The notes: generated from the sequence alone by a model not told the origin. Counted from the stretch's first letter, positions 18,135-27,750 are shown. The stretch is DNA of 64,000 bases from Alphaproteobacteria bacterium (GCA_965261735.1 OZ253470.1:3232001-3296000), one strand, 5' to 3'. Program-made: numbers and translations.

Positions 18135-20678
18135 ATGACCATGTCCAGATCGATGATCCTGCCGTGCATCGCGGGGCTTTTGGTGGCTGCGGCGCTGGCC
18201 CTGCCCGCTTCGGCCGCCCAACGGGTGACGCTGGTGATCGGGAACGCTGCGTACTCGCACGGGCCCCGACTGGCGAACCCGCTGAACGACTCCAACGACA
18301 TCAGTGCTGCGTTGGACCGCGGCCAGTACCGCGATGGCAGCAAGCACGGCCGGGGCAACGTCGTGTGGCCCGACGGCCGCCGCTATGAGGGAGAGTGGCG
18401 CCAAGCCAAGGAGCACGGCAAAGGCGCCGCCGCCGGAACCCGCTACGAGGGCGAAACCCGGGATGGCAAGCCGCACGGCCGCGGCACCTACGTATTCTCG
18501 GATGGCGGCCACTACGAAGGGCAGTGGCGGGCTGGCAAGCTGCACGGTCAGGGAATTCGGACGTGGCTCGACGGCGACCGCTACGAGGGCGAATTCCGGG
18601 ATGGCAAGCGGCACGGCCGTGGCACCTACGTATTCTCGGATGGCGGCCACTACGAAGGCGACTGGCAGGCCGGCAAGCGGCACGGTCGCGGGGGCTACAC
18701 GTGGCCCAGTGGCAACCGCTACGAGGGTGAATTCCGGGATGGCAAGCGGCACGGCCACGGCACCTACACATTCTCCGAGGGTGGCCGCTACGAAGGCGAG
18801 TGGCAGGCCGGCAGTTTTCATGGTCAGGGAATTCGGACGTGGCCCAATGGCAACCGCTACGAGGGCGAATTCCGGGACGGCGAGCGGCACGGCCACGGCA
18901 CCTACACATTCTCCGAGGGTGGCCGCTACGAAGGCGAGTTGCGGGCCGACAGTTTTCATGGTCAGGGAGTTCGCACGTGGCCCGACGGCAACCGCTACGA
19001 GGGTGAATTCCGGGACGGCAAGCGGCACGGCCACGGCACCTACACATTCTCCACCGGCGGCCGCTACGAAGGCGAGTGGCAGGCCGGCGGTTTTCATGGT
19101 CAGGGAATTCGGACGTGGCCCGACGGCAACCGCTACGAGGGCGAATTCCGGGACGGCGAGCGACACGGCCACGGCACCTACGCATTCTCCGCCGGCGGCC
19201 GCTACGAAGGCGAGTGGCGGGCCGGCAGTTTTCATGGTCAGGGAATTCGCACGTGGCCCGACGGCAACCGCTACGAGGGCGAATTCCGGGACGGCGAGCT
19301 GCACGGTCACGGCACCTACATATTCTCCGCCGCCGGCCGCTACGAAGGCGAGTTACGGGCTGGCGGTTTTCATGGTCAGGGAGTTCGGACGTGGCCCAGT
19401 GGCAACCGCTACGAGGGCGAATTCCGGGATGGCAAGCGGCACGGCCACGGCACCTACACATTCTCCGACGGTGGCCGCTACGAAGGCGAGTGGCAGGCCG
19501 GCGAGCGGCACGGTCACGGCACCTACGCATTCTCCGCCGGCGGTCACTACGAAGGCGAATGGCGGGCCGACAAAATCCACGGCCCTGGGGTCTATTTCAA
19601 CAAATCCGGTGAGAGGGTTGCGGGGCAGTGGCGGGCTGGCAAGCTGCACGGTCAGGGAATTCGGACGTGGCCCGACGGCGACCGCTACGAGGGCGAATTC
19701 CGGGATGGCAAGCGGCACGGCCGCGGCACCTACGTATTCTCGGATGGCGGCCACTACGAAGGCGACTGGCAGGCCGGCAAGCGGCACGGTCGCGGGGGCT
19801 ACACGTGGCCCAGTGGCAACCGCTACGAGGGTGAATTCCGGGATGGCAAGCGGCACGGCCACGGCACCTACACATTCTCCGAGGGTGGCCGCTACGAAGG
19901 CGAGTGGCAGGCCGGCAGTTTTCATGGTCAGGGAATTCGGACGTGGCCCAATGGCAACCGCTACGAGGGCGAATTCCGGGACGGCGAGCGGCACGGCCAC
20001 GGCACCTACACATTCTCCGAGGGTGGCCGCTACGAAGGCGAGTTGCGGGCCGACAGTTTTCATGGTCAGGGAGTTCGCACGTGGCCCGACGGCAACCGCT
20101 ACGAGGGTGAATTCCGGGACGGCAAGCGGCACGGCCACGGCACCTACACATTCTCCGCCGGCGGCCGCTACGAAGGCGAGTGGCAGGCCGGCAGTTTTCA
20201 TGGTCAGGGAATTCGCACGTGGCCCGACGGCAACCGCTACGAGGGCGAATTCCGGGACGGCGAGCGGCACGGCCACGGCACCTACGCATTCTCCGCCGGC
20301 GGCCGCTACGAAGGCGAGTGGCGGGCCGGCGGTTTTCATGGTCAGGGAATTCGGACGTGGCCCATTGGCAACCGCTACGAGGGCGAATTCCGGGATGGCA
20401 AGCGGTACGGCCACGGCACCTACACATTCTCCGACGGTGGCCGCTACGAAGGCGAGTGGCAGGCCGGCGAGCGGCACGGTCACGGCACCTACGCATTCTC
20501 CGCCGGCGGCCGCTACGAAGGCGAATGGCGGGCCGACAAAATCCACGGCCCTGGGGTCTATTTCAACAAATCCGGTGAGAGGGTTGCGGCGGGCAGGGCG
20601 ACCGACGGCTGCTTCGGGAAACAAGATGGTTATTGGTTTGCTTTGGGTAAGAGCGCGAAGGCCTGCGGGTTCGAATAG
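18135..20678 (+). CDS. Exported MORN-repeat protein (about 33 repeats) with a caspase-family N-terminal stub
   Basis: Signal peptide; RVTLVIGNAAY..LANPLND; 23-aa YEGEF(W)..G..HG.G repeats. Confidence 0.88.
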   Translation: MTMSRSMILPCIAGLLVAAALALPASAAQRVTLVIGNAAYSHGPRLANPLNDSNDISAALDRGQYRDGSKHGRGNVVWPDGRRYEGEWRQAKEHGKGAAAGTRYEGETRDGKPHGRGTYVFSDGGHYEGQWRAGKLHGQGIRTWLDGDRYEGEFRDGKRHGRGTYVFSDGGHYEGDWQAGKRHGRGGYTWPSGNRYEGEFRDGKRHGHGTYTFSEGGRYEGEWQAGSFHGQGIRTWPNGNRYEGEFRDGERHGHGTYTFSEGGRYEGELRADSFHGQGVRTWPDGNRYEGEFRDGKRHGHGTYTFSTGGRYEGEWQAGGFHGQGIRTWPDGNRYEGEFRDGERHGHGTYAFSAGGRYEGEWRAGSFHGQGIRTWPDGNRYEGEFRDGELHGHGTYIFSAAGRYEGELRAGGFHGQGVRTWPSGNRYEGEFRDGKRHGHGTYTFSDGGRYEGEWQAGERHGHGTYAFSAGGHYEGEWRADKIHGPGVYFNKSGERVAGQWRAGKLHGQGIRTWPDGDRYEGEFRDGKRHGRGTYVFSDGGHYEGDWQAGKRHGRGGYTWPSGNRYEGEFRDGKRHGHGTYTFSEGGRYEGEWQAGSFHGQGIRTWPNGNRYEGEFRDGERHGHGTYTFSEGGRYEGELRADSFHGQGVRTWPDGNRYEGEFRDGKRHGHGTYTFSAGGRYEGEWQAGSFHGQGIRTWPDGNRYEGEFRDGERHGHGTYAFSAGGRYEGEWRAGGFHGQGIRTWPIGNRYEGEFRDGKRYGHGTYTFSDGGRYEGEWQAGERHGHGTYAFSAGGRYEGEWRADKIHGPGVYFNKSGERVAAGRATDGCFGKQDGYWFALGKSAKACGFE

Positions 20679-20757
20679 GTTTGCGACCAACCTGAACGGG
20701 GCAAGCCTCCGTGAGCGCAAAGGTGGCCAGCCCTCCGTCGAGCTGGTTTTCCTTGGG

Positions 20758-20795
20758 TGTCAATCGGCTTTGAAGTTTGATCCCCGATTGGAGTG
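20758..20795. mobile_element. Possible orphan IS21-type end
   Basis: TGTCAATCGGCTTTGAAGTTTGATCCCC resembles IS21 termini; no transposase adjacent. Confidence 0.35.
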
Positions 20796-21105
20796 GGCCC
20801 CTGGGGTTGGACAGGCGGCCTGAAATGACTTGACCGGCGCACTGGGCATTCGAAGGATCGACGCCCATGGCCAAGATGCCGTAATGGGGCTCGGCGCTCA
20901 CCGGCTACGTTTGAGCTATTGTCGATAGCGGAGATTCGGGTGTCGTTGCCCTTGCACGCGTAGCGTGTTCATGGGGTCTTGCCGAAAGGCGCGGCCCATA
21001 TCCTGGACAGGAAAGGGTATAATGGAATGGACGCCTCCCACCCCTGATGTTGGCCGACGGGAGGGTTGAGTTGGACCCTCGCGATCGCCGAGAGCCTCTA
21101 CTACA

Positions 21106-21212
21106 TCTATGGACGGCTCTCCCGTTGCAAGGGATGTTGATCTGAGCGACGTGGGTCAGTTGCAAACATCTATCCGGCATCACCCGTGACGGGGTGCCTA
21201 AATGGGGAATCC
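21106..21212 (-). mobile_element. Orphan right end of the IS1111-type element (partial bridge/seekRNA)
   Basis: Matches 27527-27633 with few substitutions. Confidence 0.85.
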
Positions 21213-21485
21213 AAATACCTGACCGCGGAAGATGCCGCGATCCTCGTGCAGGCTCGACTTCTACGCCGGCGGCGGCTATCCGCGGCGCCACGACTGGCCG
21301 GAGGGCGAAGAGCTGATCGGCCTGGTCCGCGGTCAGGGCCTGGGCGTCGCGGTCCTTCGTCGCGCCGTGCAGCATACTGTCCGGGCCGCGCTTCAGAGCC
21401 CGAGGTCGCGGCGGCCTCTCCCCGGGTCACGGAAATATATAAGGCAATACTTGACAAACCCACCACGCGCCTTCACCTTGCGGTC

Positions 21486-21764
21486 ATGATCGGAAGCATT
21501 CGGCACAAGGCGCTTCGCAACTACTGGACCAAGGGCCGGCGAAGGGTCTGAGCCGAGTGGACACGGAAGCTGCGCCGAATTCTCTCGGCGCTCGAAGCCG
21601 CGGACAGGCCGGAGCAGATGAACTATCCCGGATCGTGCTTTCATCCCCTGAAGGGCGACCGGGCGCGCCGATACGCCGTTCGCCTGACGGCCAACTTCCG
21701 CGTCACCTTCAGATGGGATGACGACGGCGCGGCGGATGTGGACATAGAGGACTATCACCGATGA
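21486..21764 (+). pseudogene. higB: HigB (RelE/ParE-like) toxin with an in-frame TGA at 21549-21551
   Basis: MIGSIRHKAL...*AEWTRKLRRIL...FHPLKGDR...YAVRLTANFRVTF...VDIEDYH. Confidence 0.85.
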
Positions 21765-22066
21765 TCGAGAGACATCCTTCCATAGACCCGGTACATCCCG
21801 GGGAGATCCTGCGCGAGGATATCCTGCCCGCGCTTTCCATGAGCAAGACGGCCGTGGCCGATGCGCTCGGGATATCCCGGCAGACGCTTTACGACATCCT
21901 CAACGAGAAGCAGCCGGTCACCGCCGAGATGGCGGTTCGTTTCGGCAAGCTGTTCGGCAACGGCGCCGGCTTCTGGGTAAACCTGCAACGCATTCACGAC
22001 CTGGCGCTTGCAGAACGCACGGTGGACGTCTCCGGAATACCAACCCTCGAAGCGCGGGCCGGTTGA
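21761..22066 (+). CDS. higA: HigA antitoxin (Xre HTH)
   Basis: HPGEILREDIL, ALGISRQTL, TAEMAVR, FWVNLQ; ATGA overlap with higB. Confidence 0.92.
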   Translation: MIERHPSIDPVHPGEILREDILPALSMSKTAVADALGISRQTLYDILNEKQPVTAEMAVRFGKLFGNGAGFWVNLQRIHDLALAERTVDVSGIPTLEARAG

Positions 22067-22246
22067 GTGACCGGAGCGGGCGAGAATGTTTCGAAGCTCG
22101 ATGACGCCCTCATGGGTCCCTCGACACATATCGGGTCCATAGCGTCAATGGAAGCCGAACAAGCGGCACCAGCCCCGGCGGCAGCGACACCAACTCCGTG
22201 TTGATTCTGGCCCATTGACAAGGTCACCGCATGACGGACCGCTCCG

Positions 22247-22423
22247 ATGCCCGTGATCGGATTCGTCGACCTCGACCGGCGATTTCGCGACCGGACAGAC
22301 GCGGAACTCGAGCATAGCGAACTCGAAGACGCCGAGACTTTCGCTTCCCTGGATGGGCTGGGGCTTGGCTCGAGCATTGGCTGGACGGCGCTCCTCGAAC
22401 ACGCCCGGGTCGTCCTTCCGTGA
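22247..22423 (+). pseudogene. Possible N-terminal stub of a large NTPase, ending before the P-loop
   Basis: FVDLDRRF...IGWTALLEHARVVL*; resemblance from memory only. Confidence 0.3.
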
Positions 22424-22687
22424 TCCGCTCGTGGCGCAACGCGGCCAGTCGTAAGGTCTGGGAAGGAGAGACGCCGAACCGGTTTCGCGGCCTGCACGGG
22501 TGAAGGTAATAAGCGGCCACTGAGGGGGGAGTGCGGTTGGTTGCACGCGCCGGCCTCAGTCGCCGGCCGGACGATTCCACGGCTCGGCGTTACCAATACG
22601 TCCGGTGGGGGCGTATGATTTCCGAATCTCAAAAACCCGGGCACTGTCGGATTCGAGCGACATGCGCGCGCAGGGATACGCGGCAGT

Positions 22688-23233
22688 TGGAATTCATCCG
22701 CTTCCGGAGTGCTGACGGAGAGCAAATTCGAGCGCTACCGGAACTCCCAGAGGGTGGAAAAATATATCAGTATATCAGTGGGTTAGGAGAGGCCCTGGCG
22801 GGCGCAGCGGCCCTCAAAAGAACTTATGGAGAAGGTGCCCGCCTGGCCCGATTTCATCAGGTCGATCACGCGCTGGGATCGAGTTGAACCAGGAACACTA
22901 ACACTCGATAACGTCCAGCCCCTCCCTGGCCCAGCGCTCCGGAGCGTAGATAGCCTTGGTGTGGAGCCTAACGACATTTTCAATGATTACGTTGCGCAAT
23001 ACGCGGATTTCCTGCATCACCGCCGTGGCGAGCGTCGTTTCTATGGTGCCATCGCGCGCGCAGGCGGTTGCAGCCACGTTGCGGCCATAAGCCAGCAGAT
23101 AACGCCAGCGAAGGAGGACCGTCTTGAGGTCTATTCCGACGCGAAACTACGGGACGTTTTACAGATTTCGACCAGTAATGTGGTTGAGGTTGACGTTTTC
23201 AACAAGGCAGATTGGTCGGAGATCACCAAGTAG
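22688..23233 (+). pseudogene. CTP-dependent riboflavin kinase-like (DUF120) protein, frameshifted near 22817
   Basis: ISGLGEA in one frame; PGTLTL and LEVYSDAKLRDVLQI...VEVDV in the next. Confidence 0.45.
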
Positions 23234-23573
23234 GGATCACGAACTGGGTGAGCCACGGCGTGGTGGCGTGTCATTAAAACCCGAACAAGGGATTGGCGAG
23301 TCGTCAACAAACCAAAGACCGTATCTATACCACCCGAGATTGCTCGGCAGGCGACAGTACGCCGCGTCTGGTTCGGCAGCGGCCATGATCTGAAGATCAA
23401 GGCCCTCACTGTCTGCCGCGATCACCGGTGCGGACGACAAGCTTCGGGCCGCCAGCGAAATCGCCCTTGACCGATGCGGGCGCGTGCCAAGTTGCGCGGG
23501 GCGTCTCGCAGGACAGCCGGAAGGGCCCTTTTGCGTCTTCGTCAGCCATTGCAATTGGACCGCTCCACGGTCT

Positions 23574-24740
23574 TCATTGCCCCGCGAGGAGCGACGCCAA
23601 CTCGCCCAGGCCAATCACCTCGATTCCTTCGCCCTTGGGATACCGATCGTCGCCCGAATACACGACGAAGGAGCGCTCTGGATTGAGGTCTTCCCGCGCG
23701 TGGTGGAATCCCTTGTCGAGTCTCGGCGCGAGACCGCGCTTGATTTCGACCGCCCACAGCTTTCCGCCCGGCATCTCCAGCAACAGGTCGATTTCGGCGC
23801 CGGCGGCCGTTCGGTAAAACCATGTCTTCACCCGCTCCGGTGCCGCGCCGACCAGGTTTTCCAGTACGAACCCTTCCCAGCTTCCGCCGGCGACGGGATG
23901 ACCCAGCACCGCTTCCCGGTCATCGAGGCCGAGCAGCGTGTGCACGATGCCGCTGTCGCGCACATAGACCTTCGGGGATTTCACCAAGCGCTTGCCGACA
24001 TTGGCGTGGAAGGGAGACAGGCGCCGCACCAGCAGGAGATCGACAAGCAGGTCGAGATAGCGGGAGACCGTCTTGCCGTCGACGCCGAGGCCGCGCGCGA
24101 GCTGAGCCGCGTTGAGCGTGCCGCTTTGCAGATGGGCCAGCATGGTCCAGAAGCGGCGTAACGTTTCCGCCGGCACGCGCGGCCCGAGCAGCGGGATGTC
24201 GCGTTCCAGGTATGTGCGGATAAAATTCTCCCGCCAGACTGCGCTGGCTCTGTCGCTCTCCGGGAGAAAGCTGTCGGGGAACCCGCCCCTGGTCCAAAGT
24301 TTCTCGCGCGCGTCGCCATCTACCTCGAGAACGTTGAATGGCCCCAACTCGACATAGGCAATGCGACCAGCCAAGGATTCGCCTGACTGCTTGAGCAGGT
24401 CAATCGACGCCGAGCCCAGCAGCAGGAATCGGCCCACCCGGATGTCGCGGCGGCGGCCCTTGTCGATGAGGCCGCGAAGCGTCTGGAACAGCTCCGGCAT
24501 TCGCTGGACCTCATCCAGGATCACCAGCTTGTCTTCATGGCCGGACAGGTAAAGCGCGGCATCGGTCAGTTTCTCGCGGTCCGCCGCGTCCTCAAGGTCG
24601 AGATAGACGCTCGGTCGGTCTTCGACGACAAGCTCGGCCAGTGTTGTCTTGCCCACCTGGCGAGGTCCGAGCAGTGCCACCGCCGGAAACTGGTTCAGCC
24701 GGGCGCTAACGAGCTGCGATTTATGGCGCGGTATCATCAT
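23574..24740 (-). CDS. AAA_14 ATPase with DUF4143 domain
   Basis: GPRQVGKT, ILDEVQ, ESLAGR, RGGFP, KSPKVYVRDSG, EIDLL, VEIK. Confidence 0.92.
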   Translation of the reverse strand: MMIPRHKSQLVSARLNQFPAVALLGPRQVGKTTLAELVVEDRPSVYLDLEDAADREKLTDAALYLSGHEDKLVILDEVQRMPELFQTLRGLIDKGRRRDIRVGRFLLLGSASIDLLKQSGESLAGRIAYVELGPFNVLEVDGDAREKLWTRGGFPDSFLPESDRASAVWRENFIRTYLERDIPLLGPRVPAETLRRFWTMLAHLQSGTLNAAQLARGLGVDGKTVSRYLDLLVDLLLVRRLSPFHANVGKRLVKSPKVYVRDSGIVHTLLGLDDREAVLGHPVAGGSWEGFVLENLVGAAPERVKTWFYRTAAGAEIDLLLEMPGGKLWAVEIKRGLAPRLDKGFHHAREDLNPERSFVVYSGDDRYPKGEGIEVIGLGELASLLAGQ

Positions 24741-24872
24741 TACAAATGTGGTATTCTATACCAGAAATACAAGGATAAATGAGGAGCAGCTCCCACCTAT
24801 CCTAGCAAATTCGCCATTTGCAAGGATCCAGCGGGCTACGCCAAGCGTGATCGCGGGCTGCAGATGTCAGGA

Positions 24873-25461
24873 TACCACGATGAGGCCTCCAGACCCCAAC
24901 ACGACCTCCACAAGATATGGTTGAAAAACGCCTCGCGGGCGACCAAGCCAAACCGGTGCCGTCTACAGCGCCTCTGGCTGGATCGATGTCGAAACCACCC
25001 TGGGCGGGGCGCCACGACCGGCACACCAAACGCGCCCAGCCCAAAAAGAACATCCGGCTCCGGCCCCTCAGAAAGACCGGAAGCGAATTCTCAATCAGTG
25101 AATCTACGCCGCGACCGGCGGGTTCGAGATGACTGCCTCAGTCAACTTGGGGGCGTGCCCGCCGCAGACTCGCGCCTCTCTACACGGCACCACCAAATCG
25201 TATCCGTTCGGCGAAGCCGTGATGGTCAGGGCGGACGGAGGCGGTGAACGGCCGCCTTGGCGGGAAATCGGCCGGCTGCGCGCTCCGACCTCTCGCGCCA
25301 GCCAGACGGTTCCACGGCTTGAACGAACGGATACCCAAATCTGGACCCGAACGGCCGCTGACGGATTCCGACGACAAACGCGCGCCCGGATGCCCTGGAG
25401 TTGGATTCAATCCGCTTTCGGCTTGATTACGGCACGCCCTACCGGGTCCTGCGGACGGCAC
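24873..25461. repeat. Non-coding repeat copy 2, containing a MITE
   Basis: Matches 7765-8211 plus a 142-bp insertion. Confidence 0.9.
25200..25334. mobile_element. 135-bp MITE
   Basis: 22-bp TIR GTATCCGTTCGnnnAAGCCGTG; CCAAATC duplicated at 25193-25199 and 25335-25341; single CCAAATC at 8085-8091. Confidence 0.8.
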
Positions 25462-25851
25462 GCCGCAAGGCGTTTGTCCGCAAGTGACGGCTGAAATGCA
25501 GGGCCGTCGCGGACAGCCTCGCAGAAGCGGGCGACAAGCTCTTTACCTTCACGCGCCTGTCCAAGAGCCAATGGAAATCAGCCCGAACGACCAACGCCAT
25601 TGAGCGTCTCAACGAGGAGTTCAAGCGCCGGATCAAAACACAGACCGTGCTGCCGTGTCCCGAAACAGTGCCGATACTCCTCTGGGCGCTCCTCGCTTCC
25701 GGCCAAATCCAGATGCGCAAAGTCGATGGATGGGAAACCCTCGATCAGCTAATCGCCGACGAAACCCTTGACCGCGCGGCCTGACCGCCGCAAAACTCAA
25801 CCCGCTCGGAGAGGCGCCAAAACCAATTTCCACCACTTTCGAGACACAACC
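25461..25851 (+). mobile_element. 3' fragment of IS256 type A with right TIR
   Basis: Matches 6486-6876; TGG>TGA nonsense change. Confidence 0.9.
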
Positions 25852-25988
25852 CATCGATGAGGTCTACAACTCACGACGTCTCCACTCCGCGCTCGGATAT
25901 CTGAGCCCGGTACAGTTCGAGGATCAACATGCCCGGCATACGGTCAAGGCCGCCGAGTGATCCTGTCCGGACATAGGGGCGCACTCCA
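25852..25988 (+). mobile_element. 3' end remnant of an IS3-family element
   Basis: [19 protein letters not shown], then a terminus ending GGGGCGCACTCCA. Confidence 0.75.
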
Positions 25989-26051
25989 ATTGACACCAAC
26001 CCGGCTATAGCACCACGCCCAATGCAGGCCCGGTCTTAGCCAGCCGGGGAA

Positions 26052-26987
26052 CTACTGGCGTGTCGCGCCGAACGCACCGAGTATCTGGCTATGCTCGAAG
26101 ACCCCGCCGGCTTCCTCGTGGTTAGGACCGTAAAATTTACCCTCGATCACGTTTCCCTCTGATCCTGTTTTGAAACCGCCATCCGTCACCGGGAGGGCAC
26201 TCCAGGTAATGTCGGCGCGCTGGCTATGGTCATCAAGATCGAAGATATTGGTGAAAGAAATGCTGACCATCGGGTTCGCAAAATCTACGATGGTGATCTC
26301 GGCATCGCCCTGGATCTTATGACCACGCGCCACCGTAGCGCTCACGTCCGCGCCGACAACGACGCCGGTCCAGGTGCCGCTTCCGCCTTCTGCAATCGGG
26401 TTGGTACCCGTCGCATCGCCGACCGAGTAGCTGTGGCCGAACGCCGTGCCCTGAAGGATGCCTCCGTTGATCTCGTCAGTCTCGGAGATGAAAAAGCTGT
26501 GCTCAAGCCAGCCGCCATAGCCAAAGTAGTCAAACGAAGTGCCAGCAATCCGGCCCTTCCCACGGCCTTGGGCAAGAGACACACCACGATGACTTGAAAC
26601 GGCTTGATATTCGATGCCCGAACCTCGGAAATCCAAGTTCGAGAAGGTCAGGGACAGCCCGGTAGCTAAAAAACTTGACGTGCATTCGGCACCGCTGCAA
26701 AAGCTCTTGCCGCGAGAGGGAGAGCCAACATTAACGAAAACAAGAAGATCGCTCAAAAGCAACGAATCCGCGGCCCGAATTAATCGGTCCACGTTCGGGC
26801 CAACGTCCGCTCTGGAAAAGGCAGGAAGTTCCCCACCGACGAGCGACCGCACCGTCGCTGGGTTCAATGGCCAGGCAATATGGGAGACCGGCGCAACGTC
26901 GCCGCTGCCTCCACCACCACCGCTGCAAGCGGCGAGAAGCAGCAGGACAGAACCGGCGAACGTGGAACACAGAAAAATGCGGGGCAC
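26052..26987 (-). CDS. TbpB-like surface lipoprotein (short form)
   Basis: Lipobox LAA-C then SGGGG; GYGGWLEHS, ATGTNP, WTG, IEGKFYGPNHEEAGGVF, GAFGA. Confidence 0.8.
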   Translation of the reverse strand: MPRIFLCSTFAGSVLLLLAACSGGGGGSGDVAPVSHIAWPLNPATVRSLVGGELPAFSRADVGPNVDRLIRAADSLLLSDLLVFVNVGSPSRGKSFCSGAECTSSFLATGLSLTFSNLDFRGSGIEYQAVSSHRGVSLAQGRGKGRIAGTSFDYFGYGGWLEHSFFISETDEINGGILQGTAFGHSYSVGDATGTNPIAEGGSGTWTGVVVGADVSATVARGHKIQGDAEITIVDFANPMVSISFTNIFDLDDHSQRADITWSALPVTDGGFKTGSEGNVIEGKFYGPNHEEAGGVFEHSQILGAFGATRQ

Positions 26988-27544
26988 GAAAACGCTCCTA
27001 TTATAACTGCCTCGACCACCTCGGCCGTGCTTCCACTACCGAAACCATTGCACATGCGGATTTTAGTGATTGCGGACAGTGATTTCACAAAGTCCCGGAC
27101 AGTTCTGACTGAGGGGACCTTGTTACTGACAACCTTGATTGTCTTCGGGTTTGGTTGTTTGGGTCAAGTCTGTTGTGGATTTTTAGGTGCGCAGGATAGG
27201 GGTCTGGTCATCGCGCGAGGTGCCATCGCGGGTGAACGACCCTGCGACGGTCGTCAGATCGTGCCCGCGGCAGAGTTGCGTGCGCAATTGACACAACTCC
27301 CGCTCCGTCGGACGGTGATCCTCCCCCATTGGATTGGTCCATCCTTAGGTTTGGGAATGAGGAGGACCAGCGATGGCAAGGAAGCGTTACAAGCCGGAGG
27401 ACATCGTCAGCCTGCTGCGGCAGGCGGAGGTTCTGCACGGCCAGGGCATGTCGATGGTGGACGCGATCTGACAGCTGGGAATCAGCGAGGTCACGTATTA
27501 CCTCTATGGACGGCTCTCCCGTTGCATCTATGGACGGCTCTCCC

Positions 27545-27750
27545 GTTGCAAGGGATGTTGATCTGAGCGACGTGGGTCAGTTGCAAACATCTATCCGGCA
27601 TCACCCATAGTGGGGTGCCCAAATGGGGAATCCGCGCGCACCCGCCTCTACAGCTGGTAGGCCTCAGAGGCCTCGATAATAGTCAGGCTCGTGGCGCGCC
27701 GGTCCGACCTGTGCAGCTCATTTCGTCATCGTCTCGCAACCTCGTAGTGG
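27545..27750 (-). ncRNA. Predicted bridge RNA / seekRNA
   Basis: Two stem-loops whose internal-loop segments match the target and the donor junction (see findings); transcript ends unknown. Confidence 0.75.

Noticed and set aside
18400-20590. Regular 69-bp repeats as a CRISPR array or DGR target
   Set aside because: Repeats are contiguous, in frame and encode MORN units; no spacers, cas genes, reverse transcriptase or adenine-specific variation
17979-20823. Long alternative-frame ORFs (839, 455, 443, 409 aa) over the MORN gene
   Set aside because: Shadow ORFs expected from GC-rich tandem repeats
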